Shown here: in pieces, positions 1 through 13,919 of the stretch
Position numbering within the stretch: the first letter of the stretch is position 1
Layout: the number at the start of each line of letters is the position of its first letter
Assembly: GCA_017499595.2 (NCBI GenBank)
Contig: CM039004.1
Location: 992,001 to 1,056,000 of the forward strand
Direction of reading: 5' to 3'
Length of the DNA: 64,000 nt
Origin: Psilocybe cubensis
Taxonomy: Eukaryota
The notes under the pieces: generated by a model
The model's database searches: none
Seen by the model: the letters and a program-made list of their open reading frames with translations, nothing else
Told to the model about the DNA's origin: nothing
Made by a program: the position numbers and the translations under genes

Positions 1-3000
1 GAGTTGGACGAGCATCATCTTTGCCGACGTCGACTGAGTGCAATTAAGAGCAGTCGAGAGTTGGGAGCAAAGAGAGAATAGGAGCGAACGTGGTCACCAA
101 GGGGAAGTCACTCCGCTAACCAGTGTAAATAAGACAAACTGGCCTCGGCATTTCCCGTCACCCACCAGGCATGACCTGCTTCCCTTGCGAACTTGAACCG
201 CATTCCTCCCGACTGTTATCCTGCCATGCATGCCTCTCTTGTTATTATTTCTCCACAGTCTCTACTATCTCCAATGTACATGCACGCTCCCTCTGTGCGC
301 TGCCTCTCCTTGAGAGTCTCATATCATTATCACTCCATCACCTGCACCTTTCTAGCAAGCTTATTATTATTCATTCCCCAACTTTCTCTCTATGCCCTTC
401 TCTGATCGTCACGGTGATCCTCGCTAACCAGTACTTTTCGTCTTCCTCACATGAGTAATTTTCTTGTCTCTTCCCGGGATCATATGCCGCGTACTACAGA
501 GTCATCATCATCTGTCCATCTGCATGTGTCGTCGTCACCATCGTTTCCTCTATTAAATCCCAAGCCCGGCTTCTAAAGACAGAAAAAAATCCCTTTGGAA
601 TGCACCATATCAAGACACTCTAGCTACGTGTTATCTCTCGGCTTGTCTGGAATTTCTGACTCTCACCGATGGGTATATTCCCAAGCATTAACTGATGGAT
701 CCCTTCATTTCTTACGGAATCTAATCTTTTGCCACTGATCCTCTTATCTTCTGTATATCAAGCTGTGCCGCGTAGGTGTTCGGTGCTGGTTTCTTATCAC
801 TTACGAATGAGATCCTTAAAAGTTATGCTTGTATGGGTCTCAAGCATGATTGACTGTGGAGTCTGGACTGGACCGAGTTTTTGGGTATTTCACCACTTGA
901 CAACAATGTCTTACCTTGTTTCCCAACACCTTATCTACGAATGCACGGACGGACAAGGGAGTCGGAGTCCATTACCTCTCCCTCTCCCATTCCATGTATC
1001 CTACCGCTCTTAGCAGCAGCACCAAGATGGGTGAATTTTCTCATCCACGACAACTCAAAATACCGTTGCATATTAATAACAAAACTCAATACCTACTTTG
1101 CAAGGTCTATTTCTTATTGACGTAGTCCAGTCGAGCCGGGTTATCCTCGAGGATATGCCACCCGGAGAACCCGGACCCTGTACACACTTGGCCCATGATA
1201 GCACTCAATGCGAAAGCAAGCTTCCGGGACGGCAAAAATACCCTTAAGCTCTCCATCCGCACCCACTCATGATCATCGATGAGAGCTGCTTCCCGGGCGA
1301 AGGTGTCCCCTATGCCAGCCACAATGTCGTGCAATGGCGCTTCGGAGGGCATTATTGCGGCAATTCTTCGACCACAATTCACTTTTACCGGGACGGCTAC
1401 TAGTGCTCGGGCCTGTTGAGTGCATAGTGCGTACGTGTCACAGTAATGGCCAATGGGGACTCCACCTATAGTAGGGAGCAGGACACAATTCAATACGTCC
1501 AAAGGCTATCAAGTTCCATCCGCTTGACACATATCCGACATTGCGACAGTATTAACTCTGATCGTGTATACGGACATAGCGTATGATCTCCTTCGAGATG
1601 TATTACTCGTACTCACTCACATACTAAACTAGTCATTTCAAGGTCGCTCTGGGGTTTTACCCCTTCTCCCAGGCGGCGGTGTGCATCATCTGTGAGCGCG
1701 ATGCCTGTCTTTTGATCAAGGTGAGGATGTGGCACTGACAGTGGTATCGAGTTAATTTCCCGGAGCGCATCCATTGCACATGCTTATCAGGAGATGGGGG
1801 CCCGGAGGCGCCTGTCTGTCGCTGAGACGGGCCCGATCAGGCCCAGAGCGGATGTAAATCATCAGCTGCATCTTCATTCGGGCTGCAGCGGGCCCACAGC
1901 GGCGCCGGCGCCTGTAATGGTAAACATGGAGCGATGTGGGTGTAGATGTAGATGTTGCTGTGAAAGTGGATGTGGACGTTGAATATGGATAAATCTCAAG
2001 CTATGCGTTGACCACGGAACTGTGGACGACTGACGGTGTCGCTACCCAACAATCGAAGGACCCCCACTCCCTCACTCCAAGCAAGTCGGAATGTCGGATG
2101 CGTCCAGGTGAATTGAAGACGTAAGTTTGCCCTAATTGAGGTAGGCAGCGTCTCGAAAAGAAAAGGTTGAATCTGGTTGAAAGCTAATATTTTATTCACC
2201 GTTATCCACGACTCTATGATTCGTTATCGTTTTCTCCAAATACAATTCAGTCAAAAACACAATACAAAGGTTCACTAGTACTAATTAAAGATACAAAGCT
2301 CCGGCGTCCGGAACGGACGACAACTTCTCGCGCGGCTTATGTATGCTGCAGTGTGCGTTGTGACGCAATTAACAGAGTGTATGTACGTGTCTTCCCCCTA
2401 GTGGACGACTCAACAGACTCCTGCATACCGCGGCGGACTGACGTGATACTCCACTGATCTCGACACTCTCGATTCTTCTGACTTCAGGACAAAGTGTGTA
2501 TGCCAAGCATGAATACATGGGTGACGGAAGATAATTAGAAGAAAAGACCGACGTCACTAGAACACAGATGGCTGTACTAGAACCCACTTCGCGGCAAGGT
2601 AAATCGAAGTACTGAAGGGTCCAAATTTCAAAATCTCCACATAAATAAATCGCTTACCACTAGCGCTCAGCTCAGCGCTCGCGGTATTAAAATGCCAAGC
2701 CCTTAACGAAATCTCTCAACATCCTTCCATTTCATTTTATCTTGATTTTTATCTAACGATTTCGATGAGTTCATATGGCGTACGCACACTGTACGTACCT
2801 CTTCACGCTGCGCGGCCATGTGTTCACCTCATCAGTCGGCAAGTTAATGATCACCTTTGCGCTCTTTTTAGCAACAAAAATCCGCCCAATGCGCATACTT
2901 ACGAATACTACATACTACATACGTGCAGTGAACAGGCGGGATGTGGCGGCGTCTTCTTCTTAATGACTGAATCTCAGTTTGCCGTGCGATACGCAAATTC

Positions 3001-3388
3001 AATCCCGAGTCGGAGAGAGGACAACCGCTTGTAATAGTAACGGAGAAAAGTCTGTTACAAAGCCTCGATGAAAGGCAATGTGTCAATGGTCTACAAACAA
3101 ATATGTAAGGTACACTAAGGCGAATAGTAAAGAACGACTAAGATGCCATATAGAAAAATGTCCATCTTTTTAAATCAATAGCCAGGAAGTTTGAATCTTT
3201 TAACGACTACATGATCTACCAAAAAAAACAAAAGGAAAGAAGGGCTAACGACGTAATTAACGAATGTGGGTGAAGGAGGGGTTTCTCAGAACACAGTTGG
3301 CACACATACAGGATTTTTTTTGCGATTCTCCGAGGGATTTCAATTCCCCAGGGTAAAAGTAAGAGAGTCTAAAACTTAGACGGGGAGA

Positions 3389-5401
3389 CTACGACGGCGT
3401 GTACATTGGTGGATATTCAATGATTTCTGTCGTCGGAGGTGAAGGCTGCGGCATTCTGTACCCGCTGTCCTCGTGGTTGATCACCACATTTGCACGGCGC
3501 GTCTGAGAAGGTCCGTCAAATGGTTGTTGTTGTTGCTGAGAAGCCTCAGTGTATCCAAATGCCTCATGGAATTTGGATGGACCCCGCAGTGGGAGAAGTT
3601 GGTCACTGCTTGCTGCAACGCTGGCGCTACTTGTGTACGCACTGACTGAAGAACTGAGTCTCTGACTGTCGTTGTAATTCGCTTGGCTTTGACCAAGCGG
3701 CAGTCCGGATGAGGAGGACGGGTTGAAGGTACGATTGTAGTTCGCATCCGTATCGCTGAAGGGATCAGAGGTAGATTCTGACAACATTCGAGCGCGCTTG
3801 CTGTTGCCAGCAGGAGCATAAGTATAACTTGCGCCATTGCCGTGCATCTGCCTCATCTGGTGTTGACTTTCAACAGCTACGCGGTCTGCGACTGCGCCAT
3901 TGGCTACAGCTTCTGAGCGACCCGTAGCTCCCGCTTGAGAGTACGACACCACAGACCCCCCTGTAGCGTCGGTATAGAATGGTTGCGCCTGCCGTGTATA
4001 TCCAAAGCCAGCCGGACTTTGACTTTCTCCCAAATATTCTTGAATACTAGCTGACCGCCTTGCGCGCCGTCGTCGATAAAGCAGGAGAGCAATTATGATG
4101 AAAATGACCACTGATATTCCTCCCACAACCCCACCAATGATGGGTCCAATGGAGGAAACGCTGTTGGAGCTATCAGTAGGGTTTACAGAATCAGCATCAG
4201 AGTCGACAGCCTGTCCGAGACCACTGGTGGCAGAGGCTGTAGGAGAGCTAGTGATAGTGCTTCCTGTTGAGTCTGTTGTCACAATAACGCCAACCGGGGT
4301 ACTGGTCCTGCTTGAAGTCCCAGACGTGGTGGCCGATCTGGTGGTAGATGATTGAGTTGTGCCTCCCGAGACATTTGTAGAGCCTCCAGAACTTCCGGTG
4401 TTTCCATTATTACCTGAATTTCCCCCTGCATTATCGGTCCCGTCGGTATCCTTGGGCTCCTGCAGCGAGCCGCCTTGGATAATGACATTTTGCAAGACCA
4501 AGGGTGTCAAAGACGTTCTCCCCCGGCTAGTAACCTGCAATGTGTGCGTGCGTAGCGGAAGACCAGACACTTGGAAATATTTCTGGAAGTACTGTGTCGT
4601 TGAGCCCGGGTTGCCAATGAGTTGGAAAGTTGTTGTCTGTCCATCGATCGAATACTCCGCTGAAGTAGAGCCCTGGGGAAGTTCCCTTGGAATAGTACCG
4701 ACCCAAGTAATTCCAGTTCCTGTATAATATCAATTGAATACCAAACACGGAGATACGGAGTAGGTTGAATTCGCACCATAGAAAGGAAATGTCATCACTG
4801 CACCTCCGTCCGGAGCCATAGTAGCATCTGTCCCTAGCTTCACCCATCCACTGCCATATTGTATATCAGGATTGTTAAAGGGAACAAGTATCTCGGCGTT
4901 CTGAACATTTGCTCCAGGAGAAGGCGTGTAGAGGAAATAATCAAACAAGAAGGCCTGACCGTTGCTCTTCGCCGTCACAGTGATTGTATGCCTACCCGCA
5001 GGCACTGTACTCTCGTCCCACTTGCACAAAACCCAGTTGTTTTCGGTGTATTTGAACGGGGTCTCCAATGAAATGATAGTATTGTCCACCTTGCATTCCC
5101 AAGTTGGATCTGTCACCCCGTTCGTTGTCTTGACATTGATAGTGCCATAAATTTTGCCAGCGGATCCTGAAGAATATTCGAAAAGATAAAAATTCAGCAA
5201 TGGAGCAGGGAAGCTAAGCCATCACATACCGTCGAAGGAGTATGAGAAACTCGCCTCGCCTGCTGTCGTGCGATGCAGACTACTTCGATACGGTGCTCCA
5301 AAATTCCCTTGCCTCGCATAGTCGGCGCCATCAATCAGAGACCAGTCTCCGGAATACCGAAAATTACTATCAGTATCATCCACAACCACCAGTCGAGCCA
5401 T
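3389..5401 (-). CDS. Single-pass membrane protein with two N-terminal beta-sandwich-like repeats, Ser/Thr/Gly linker, TM helix and cytosolic tail (family common in Agaricomycetes, function unknown)
   Basis: Three exons join in frame through GT-AG introns (5229-5167 and ~4776-4720). The N-terminus reads MARLVVVDDTDSNFRYSGDW and the second repeat NNPDIQYGSGW. The TM segment IIGGVVGGISVVIFIIIALLLY is followed by RRRRARR, and the protein ends EYPPMYTPS. Confidence 0.8.
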
Positions 5402-7334
5402 TCGTGTCAATGTAACGGGTATAAAAGAAGTCTTTCCTCACGGGCGAGGAAGACCTGGAGAGAGAAGGAACAAGCAATGCAGACGCTGGAGAGGCGTCGC
5501 CGCACTGACCGAAATTAACGTTAGATTTCATGCGACGTTCCCATCATGACTCCCCTGGTCGCCAATTTGTTCTAGGTTGGGCTTGGCATTATCGTCGGGT
5601 GCACTGTATCATGAGTGGTTTGTGAGAGTTTGTGGAGCGTTCATGCATGGAACGGATTAAGGTGTTTACACTGGATTTGACGAGTCAAAAGCTTACAAGG
5701 TTCAATGAGACATCTTCAAAATAAAGATTCCTCCGATGCTGCGAACGCTCAAAGACGTTGTGTGACTTGTGTTCCCAGCCTGTGCGTTAAACACGGAGGT
5801 TGTGTCGGATGTTTGCACTCGCTTAACACCAATTTGTATGATTGATCAACGTCCAGGAGACGTCAGGCGCCGGTTGTTAAAGCTCCCCAATAATGAAAAC
5901 AGTATCCAAGTTGAGAAAAAGAACGACTCCAATGTTTTTCAAACCTACACTCTTACTCCATCAGCTGTAGTGATACAGAGCGATGATCACAGTGTGGTAT
6001 GCCCGAAGTGAGTTTTGGGCAATGTTCAAAGAAATCTAACCTAGATTCCAAGAAAGTGCCGTAAGGCCTGTAACGAAGTGTTGGAACTTGCCCAGGTTTC
6101 ATTGTGAACGTCCAGATACCCAATTCGCCTTTATGAAAAAGGATGCGACATTAAGCAGACCAAGTAGACGGTGAGTGCAGAAGTTATGTCGATGACATCG
6201 ATGGACGCAGATGAAATAAGAATGGGCTACGCAAGACGATGATTCCACTTGCCTAGAATGCAAAACCTTAGCTTCCCGGCTTATGCCGATAGTTCAGGGC
6301 CAGCTTGACATGCCAATCAAGCAGATGTAACTTACACTGCGCGATGTTGATTCTTGGCGTTCTTTTTGCCTTCTTTTATCATTTCGATACCTATCGCTAT
6401 GTTTATGATGATCTGACTCTCAGCTTTATCCAACCACACATTAATGAAGCCTCGATTAGTGCCTATGATCTTTCCTTCCAACAAGCCTGAGTCCTCAAAA
6501 GCGTACTGACTGATGACTCTTGCTACATGACTCGGAAGTAAGTCCGGCTCTTAGCTTATTCTTATGGTATTACTTACTGAGTAGTAAATATTAGCCATGT
6601 TTATCCGGGGCCGCTTCTTGTAACAAGCCAAGAGGTATGCAGATCGTTCGGTTCACCTTCACTGTCATGAAGTTGAGATTGGAAAAAGGCAAAGAGGGCA
6701 GCCATTGTTAGCAATAAAATCATTGGAGAAGAATGACTTGAAACAACGATTTATTCAAATAGTGCGTCAAAGCTAAGGTTAATCCTGTGCAGAACACAAT
6801 TTTTATGTATGATCATTATTGGCAAGGGCGGTTAACTATATCCGCCGATCTTCTCTTGTTTTGTATCAGTGTTAACTCCAACCAAGATCAAATTTTATCG
6901 TATCAAATGTCCTGAATGAACAGTAAAATGACTTCCAGTATACACATAACTGAGAGAGATTCTATGCGGAATGGCTTGCTGAGCAATAGGAAACGTCCAG
7001 AAAGATTTGCTCTTGTTTTTACAACACTTACAAAATCATTGAAGCTGAGTACTACAGATAGAAAAATTGGGTCGCAACCGGCGGGTTCCGCGGGGAGACA
7101 TTTGACTATACCCACAAAGATAATATCAATCACCCCCTTCTGTAGAAAGACAACGCGGAAATCACTGCGCAAAAATTCTTGTCGGGCGTATACTTCCGTT
7201 TGCTGCGACTTGGAAGTTGCATCAAATAAGTCGGCGTGAAACCCACCCTTCCCTGACGATAAAAAAATCAGCTAAAAGTTGAGAACGGCACATATTCATC
7301 TTTGCAACTTTCTCACTGTCCTTCGCCACACCAG

Positions 7335-8839
7335 ATGCCTGCTCGCAGCCTTGCCCACCTATACGAGACAATTATCGTCGACGTCGGGAATGTTCTTTTC
7401 ACATGGTCATCCAAAGGGCTCAATAACGCCGTCGACTCCAAGATTTTTCGCAGGATGGTCAGCTCTCAGATATGGGGGGATCACGAAACGGGAAAACTTA
7501 CAAACGATGAAGCTTATGCAACTCTGGCTAAAGAGTTTAAAGTAAGCAAAGAGGATGTCCGTTCGGCCATGATCAGCACGATAGGGACACTCTCACCTCG
7601 ACAAGAAATGTTCGACCTGATTCGATCCCTCAAAGCTGGGCGCAAAATTTATGCCATGTCAAACATGTCTGAACATTCGTGGAACATAGTAAGAAACGCA
7701 GGAGCTAAGCAATGGGAGATTTTTGATGATGTCTTCATATCTGGTTCGGTTGGATGTCGTAAGCCCGAGACGCCATTCTATAAACATGTTCTTCAAAAAA
7801 CAGGCGCCAAACCTTCGCACACTATCTTCGTCGATGATACCTTGGAAAACTTGGCGACAGCCCGTATCTTTGGAATCAGACCCGTCCTTTACGATAATTT
7901 TCCCAGCGTCGAAAGAACCTTAAGGAATTTGTGTGGCGATCCCGTTTCCCGAGCTAGAGCATTCCTTGTCAACAATTCAAAAAAGCACCAGTCTTACGCT
8001 TCCACTGGCGATATCATTCACGAAAACTTCTGTCAACTGATGATACTAGAGGCCACCCAGGACCCTTCTCTGGTGGATTATCTTACTTACGAGGCGGAGT
8101 GGGACTTTTTCCAAGAGTTAAGCGGACAGTTTACAGACGCAGTATTTCCAGCCGACCTTGATACTACATCCATGGCGTGGACGGTCATTCCCGACATTAC
8201 AACAGATGCTATCAAGCACAGAGTAATGGATAGAATGGTTGCGGACTTTTTGGATAACGATGGTATTCCATTCACCTATTTCGATAGAAATCGTGCCAGA
8301 AGAGACCACGGAGTCTGCGTAAACGTCCTCACTCTATTCTACGCAAACGGACGAGGCCATGAGCTCACACGGGCAACCGACTATGTTTATTCACTCCTCC
8401 AGTCTGGTGCTTATCTAGAGGGATCAAGATACTACAGGTCTCCAGAAATATTTCTGTAGTAAGTCTTATCGTACCACGTATTGTGATATCTTGCTGATAA
8501 ATCATAAGCTTTGTCTCTCGTTTATTGGAGACGTCTCCTCTTCTTGAACGTCGTATGGGAGATTTATTCAAGGAATGCTGCCGTCAGCGTATCGGAACCC
8601 CTGCAGACCCTTTAGCACTGGCCATGCGTTTGCATTGTTGCACGCGCTGTGGTCTTGATGCTAGTACCGATTTTAAAAGGCTCCTCGATTTACAGCAGGT
8701 GGATGGCGGATGGGAAAGCGGAATACTCTATACATATGGATTGGTAAATATAACAGTAGGTAATAGGGGTTTAACGACTGCGATAGCACAAAGGGCAATC
8801 ATAGAGTACCTCACTAAATTTGGCCCCATTCCGAGCTAG
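7335..8839 (+). CDS. HAD-like hydrolase fused to a class II terpene cyclase domain (AstC/DrtB/AncC-type drimane or monocyclofarnesyl sesquiterpene synthase)
   Basis: Exons 7335-8458 and 8509-8839 with a 50-nt GT-AG intron give 484 aa. HAD motifs are IIVDVGNVLF, MSN, RKP and FVDDTLEN. The class II motif is PADLDTTS (DLDTT at 8154-8168) and there is a QW-like motif LLDLQQVDGGW. Confidence 0.85.
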
Positions 8840-11383
8840 TCAGTTACATGAAAGGCTTATCTATCAGGTCCCGTTAGCACTTAGAAACATAGCACTCGGG
8901 GTTATGTCGAAGCATAAATTCATACGCCCTTTCATCGAGCAATATTTTATCTTAGGGTTCCTAACTCTAAGGGCAGGCTTGCATCACGGGGTGACACGGC
9001 CATCGGCGCCTAAATTTTGAAGCTAATGGAAGTACCACACGAAGAATGCGTGAGCTTCAGAAAACCCGCCGGCAACGATTCGGAGATGTACACGGAAGAA
9101 GATTGCTATTGTATACAGTTTGAGGTAACTATGGATCAATTGTAGCACATATGAGAAATTCGCAGGCACAATGACCAACCTTCACTCCGTACTTCTGTAT
9201 CCCTTTTGGCAGCTTCCATAGCCATTCGTACGCTCTACATAAGGGCAGTTATTCACAGTTCCTTAGTAAAGCGTAGCAATCGATTGACCGAGCCATGTGG
9301 TATGAGTTCACCAACGGGAGAAAGACCAGACAATGCTTCTCCCGCCAGGTAAAATTTCAAAGGCTCTCAGCAGCGTGAGATAGACTGAGGGCCGGTTTCC
9401 GACTTCCTCGTCAACCCCTGGAACGTCAAAAAATTTCGGAAAGCTACGTACTATTCCCCCTAGTATTACTGTAAACGATGAAGACGATCCATAATTCAGT
9501 TGAACAAAACCTTTATCATGTACCTTATCTGACACACACACGCGGTTGATTTACGAGAAATGAGTCTTTCGGTGATAGCCATTTTACTTGGGATGGTTTA
9601 ATCCTTTCAGATCTAAGATGGCATTCCTGTTCGGCCATGGTTTTCCTACGAGGTTACTGCATGAACTGCGATAACGCTGTCAACAACTTATGACGCCTTC
9701 AAGAATCATAGAAAAACGTTGCTTAGCGAAGTAGTTCCAAAGCCGCGGTGCGGGTGTGGGTACCTAAGCCATCAATGCCCCAAAAGTGCCAAGTGTTGTA
9801 CATGAATCATCATCGGAGGCATACTGACGAAGTCGACCATGGAGCCAGGCATAACACTGTGCCGTCGCTGAAACCTGTCATGTCTTCTATCAATATCTAG
9901 AGATCAAGGCAACAAGTCGGCAAACTTTATCTGAGAAGTGCTCGACAAGTATATTTTTAGCCCGACCCTACATGGATGGTTGATTGCTTGTTGGCAAATG
10001 GAATCTTACTATCTGTTAGCATTACGAGAGAGCTAGGTTGATATCAATCAAATCCAACAGTATGCTCCCCGACGCACAAGGCGTTTAACACGTTTAATGT
10101 AGGCCACCCGTCGTGTAAAAGCATGCGCGTCGCTTCAAGGTAAGCCATAATGGTGTGCGAAAAAGATATTCTTAGAAATTATCTTGGATTTTTGAGGGTT
10201 CTTTATGATGTAGCGATAAACGCGGGAAAATCGGGATACTTCAGTACTTCAGTCTAAAGAGCAGGATAACTTACAATTTCCGCCATTTCAGAGATCTGGT
10301 AAAGAGCAGAAAAGTCCGATATAGTCAATATTCCTCCTGGGCTTGGCGTGGGAAATTTGTCTTTGTTTTCTAGGATTTTATTTTAAGCGCTTAATCGGAG
10401 GACTCCTAAAGCTGACGGTGTGAGTAAGTTCTCAGTACCTGTTCATCCTTAAATGAACTCACTAAAAACTAACGGCTAACACATTGAAGGGATGAAATTA
10501 AACATTCCATTTGACCCAGTTTTCCATGCAGATGGTGGAAGCATTGTGGTCTGATATTGATGCCGAACTATTGTTTCTCAATCACACATTAAAGGATTAC
10601 CAGAATGAAGACAGAATGAGTCCAGAACTAAAAAGAACTTTCTAATCTCTCTCCAAACGACTGGGTTCTTGTCGATGACCGATGGTTGCATGGTGAATGT
10701 TAGCCCCATAAGAATAACAAAACTGTAAACGCATCATTTGTTGCTATCTCATTCGTAAGATGGCATCGGTTTTTGACAGAAGAATACCTGCATGCGAAAT
10801 GGGCTTACAAAAACGTGTCTCGGTGTATGAGACAGATCAATATGATGATGTCTGGTAGTACATACATTCTCGCGTTCAAGGACAAGCTTGGCATTCCATT
10901 AATAGTAAATTGAAGATTGCAACCTCGAGTAGAGTCCACATAGAATGAGTAACATATTTCCAACCGACGATGAGATAAAAGTTGGTAAACAAGGTAAGTC
11001 AGCTATGTGCCCCGAACAGACTCGATAAATAGTCGGATAGTTCATGGTTCTGAAAAAATTATTCGAAACAGGATAACATAGAAGTCAACACCTCCGAGCT
11101 TCTACAGGCTTTGTATCGAGTGAGAAGACTCGTACAATAAACAGAGAGGACCCTGTGCCCGGAATATCTTTAGGCGTTCAGCTCTTCAACTCACACGATC
11201 CTGACAGGAATCCCGGATTTGGCCCGGATCCATGCATGCAAACATTGACTTCGCCTCTATTCTCTGCCTGGCGCTTGCAAAATTTACAACGTTCAATCCC
11301 ATGTATATTTCATGCTAAATATTATACAGAAACGACGAAAATGTTCTCATGTCATATTATATGCTACTGGATCTGCTGGGCGC

Positions 11384-12973
11384 TCAGAGTCTTGAATCGG
11401 CCTTCTTCCATGGGGATCTTTGCATAACTGCAGCAACGAAAGTGCCTGAGGAAGGATCAGCTGAAGACGTCGCGCTGGCGCTCGCAGAAAAATCGGCCGC
11501 TGAAGCCATTGAAAAAGTGCTGGAAGTCGATGCACTAGACATCGATGAAGACATGGAAGATGCAATGCTTGCTGCTATTGCGGCCGCGTTCATCGAGGGC
11601 GATGGAGCAACCGAAGACGCCGAGGAACCAGAGAAATCCATCATCGACATTGAAGAAGCCGCAAATGCGCTTGTTGAATAAGATGAACTGCCTACGACCT
11701 CTACGTTGAGACCAGTTGCTGAAGGAGATCCTGAAGTCATGGTGGATGACCCAGATTGGTATACCGTAACCGTACGAGTCATCGTCACAGCAGATGAACT
11801 GGGACTCCCCTGCGATACACTAGGGGAGTTGCTAATATCGGCCGCGTTTACCTTACTTGAAGCAGGGTCCCATACAAGAGTGACGTTTTGAGTGTTGACA
11901 GTCGAATCGTCCCTCGAGGCCAGTCCTGTCGATGTTGGCTGAGAACCGCCCGCTGAGCCTGTCGATGTAGAATTTGAGAGTGAAGCTGCCTGAGCGGTGG
12001 TATTCGTATTGTCCACCCAGGTCGGGCGAAGCTCATTCGACTTCGGATTGTACATAAACGTCTGGGATGTAGAAGAACCGTCGGGCGCCGTGTAGTTGTT
12101 GCACAGTTGCATCGTCATAGGCTCTGGTTTGTTTGGACTGTCGTTGTATGTGGCACAATAATCGTTGGAGTCCTGTAGTCGCGGTATCATCAGATATACT
12201 GGAGTGCTATCGTCTGCGCTAGAGTCGAATGAGCTCCTAGTGGTCGAAGGAGGAGCGTTGACCATGTAGAGCCGCGTTTCGTTATTCTCAGATGCATTGA
12301 GAGTGTAAACACCACTGGAACTTGTCAAGTACAACGAGCCTAGATTTCGGTGTCCCTGAGTTGAGTCTCTCGACTGGCTCTGTAATATAGATAAGTTACC
12401 GACAAAAAATTAATGAGTCAAAATTGTACCTGAATGCGGACAGCTCCAGGAGTTCCTGATTCTTCGCTTTGAGCGGTTGTTGTATTCCCAGCATTGGTCG
12501 TGTTTTTGTGGCCAGATATCCATTGTGGCAGAGCGGTGTCCGCACGGCGTGCATGCGACAAAAGATAGTTCTTTCCATGATCTGTTGGGATGATAATACT
12601 CTTGTGCGAGCGCTTGCGATTGCTTCTGGGATGCTTGATCCGAGACATAAATGCGTCAGCCAACCCTTTGATTGGATTTGTTGTTCTCTATCAAATGCCC
12701 ATATTATCAGCAACAATTAGGAATAATCGTCATGTATAAAGAACTAACCACCTTATGAACTCCTTTACTCTCAATGCTTTGCGAAGACCAAGGCAGTTGA
12801 TTGGAATGCGCTGTTGAATCATCAATCGACCGTGCCTCATTTGGAAGACTTGAGGATGATGCAGGATTGCGCGATATGACAGCCGCATTAACGGAAGTAG
12901 AGGGTAGTATGCAAAGAGTTGAGATGCAACAGACGACAGTAAACAAAGCAAATCGAGCATCGACAGAGAGCAT
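11384..12973 (-). CDS. Secreted Ser/Thr-rich protein of unknown function (multi-exon; splice sites approximate)
   Basis: Signal-peptide-like start MLSVDARFALFTVVCCISTLCILPS. The long last exon has a globular part (YCATY...MQLC...QTFMY) and a long Ser/Ala/Met low-complexity tail. Confidence 0.65.
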
Positions 12974-13919
12974 GATACTGGGTGATTGAAGTTGGGCTTT
13001 TTTCAGTTAACCAAGGGAGTGTGTGGCACTAGAATGTTGTGTTGACGTCAATTGGCGAAGCCTGTCGCGGTAAAAATAAGCGCGTCCTGGCGTTGACAGA
13101 AGTATATGTGTGATATAAGTTTAGGAGTATTGGATATTAAGGTATAAAGAAAAAGATCGCCTGGATCTGAAGAAGGGTAAAGCAAGAAAGGTTGGGCACA
13201 AATTCGACTGGGAGACATACTTATAGACGTCTGGCCCGTGTTCAGGCTGGTCTGTTTTCTCCTTTCCCCGTCAATCGATCACTGGTCAGCCAAATGTCAG
13301 CCTCAGAGGGTGGAGGTTGCCTTTTTGGGGCATTCACTTACCTGATTGACAATAATCCTGTCGGAGTGTCACTGTTAAGACCTAAGGCCTTAAGGGGTCA
13401 TCATATTGAATCATATCTATTAGCACTGATAAACTTCATTTTAAAGACTTAAAAAATTATCAACTAAGATTACCTGTACTTCCCGGTGTTTCATCGACAA
13501 AGCACTCCATGCCAAAGTTGGCAGTGATTAATTGCTGATCAATAAAATTCGCACTGTGATTATATTAAAGAATATATTTACAGCGTATATATTTTATAAA
13601 ATATCATTTAAAGCTGCCACCGTTATCGTTTCAAGGTTTTCCAATGGTCCAAAAGACTTCGCAACCTTATTTCTCTGTGTTCGACAATGCCAAGCCAATG
13701 GTTCGCATTTATCCGACCAACTTTACCACCATATCCGGTAAATGACATATGCCGGAATGCCGTGTGAAGATGGTTCGTTCATGTCTGCCAGGGACCGATC
13801 CACTCTTCTTTACACCACCACGACCCACTTCCACAAATCCCCCCTGTTTACGCTGCTTTTTTTTTCCGAGGCGCGTTCTTTGGACGTATTAAAGGTATAT
13901 TGGACCCTGTGAGCATCAG

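Noticed and set aside
1-3100. Short ORFs, including 1107-1502 (-) and a possible gene start at 18 (-)
   Set aside because: No recognisable motifs and no consistent splice model could be built.
9000-11300. Long region between the terpene cyclase and the secreted protein, examined for tailoring genes
   Set aside because: No P450, dehydrogenase or transferase motifs were seen and there is no long ORF.
11349-11681. Acidic Ala/Glu-rich ORF on the + strand
   Set aside because: Antisense shadow of the Ser-rich exon on the - strand.
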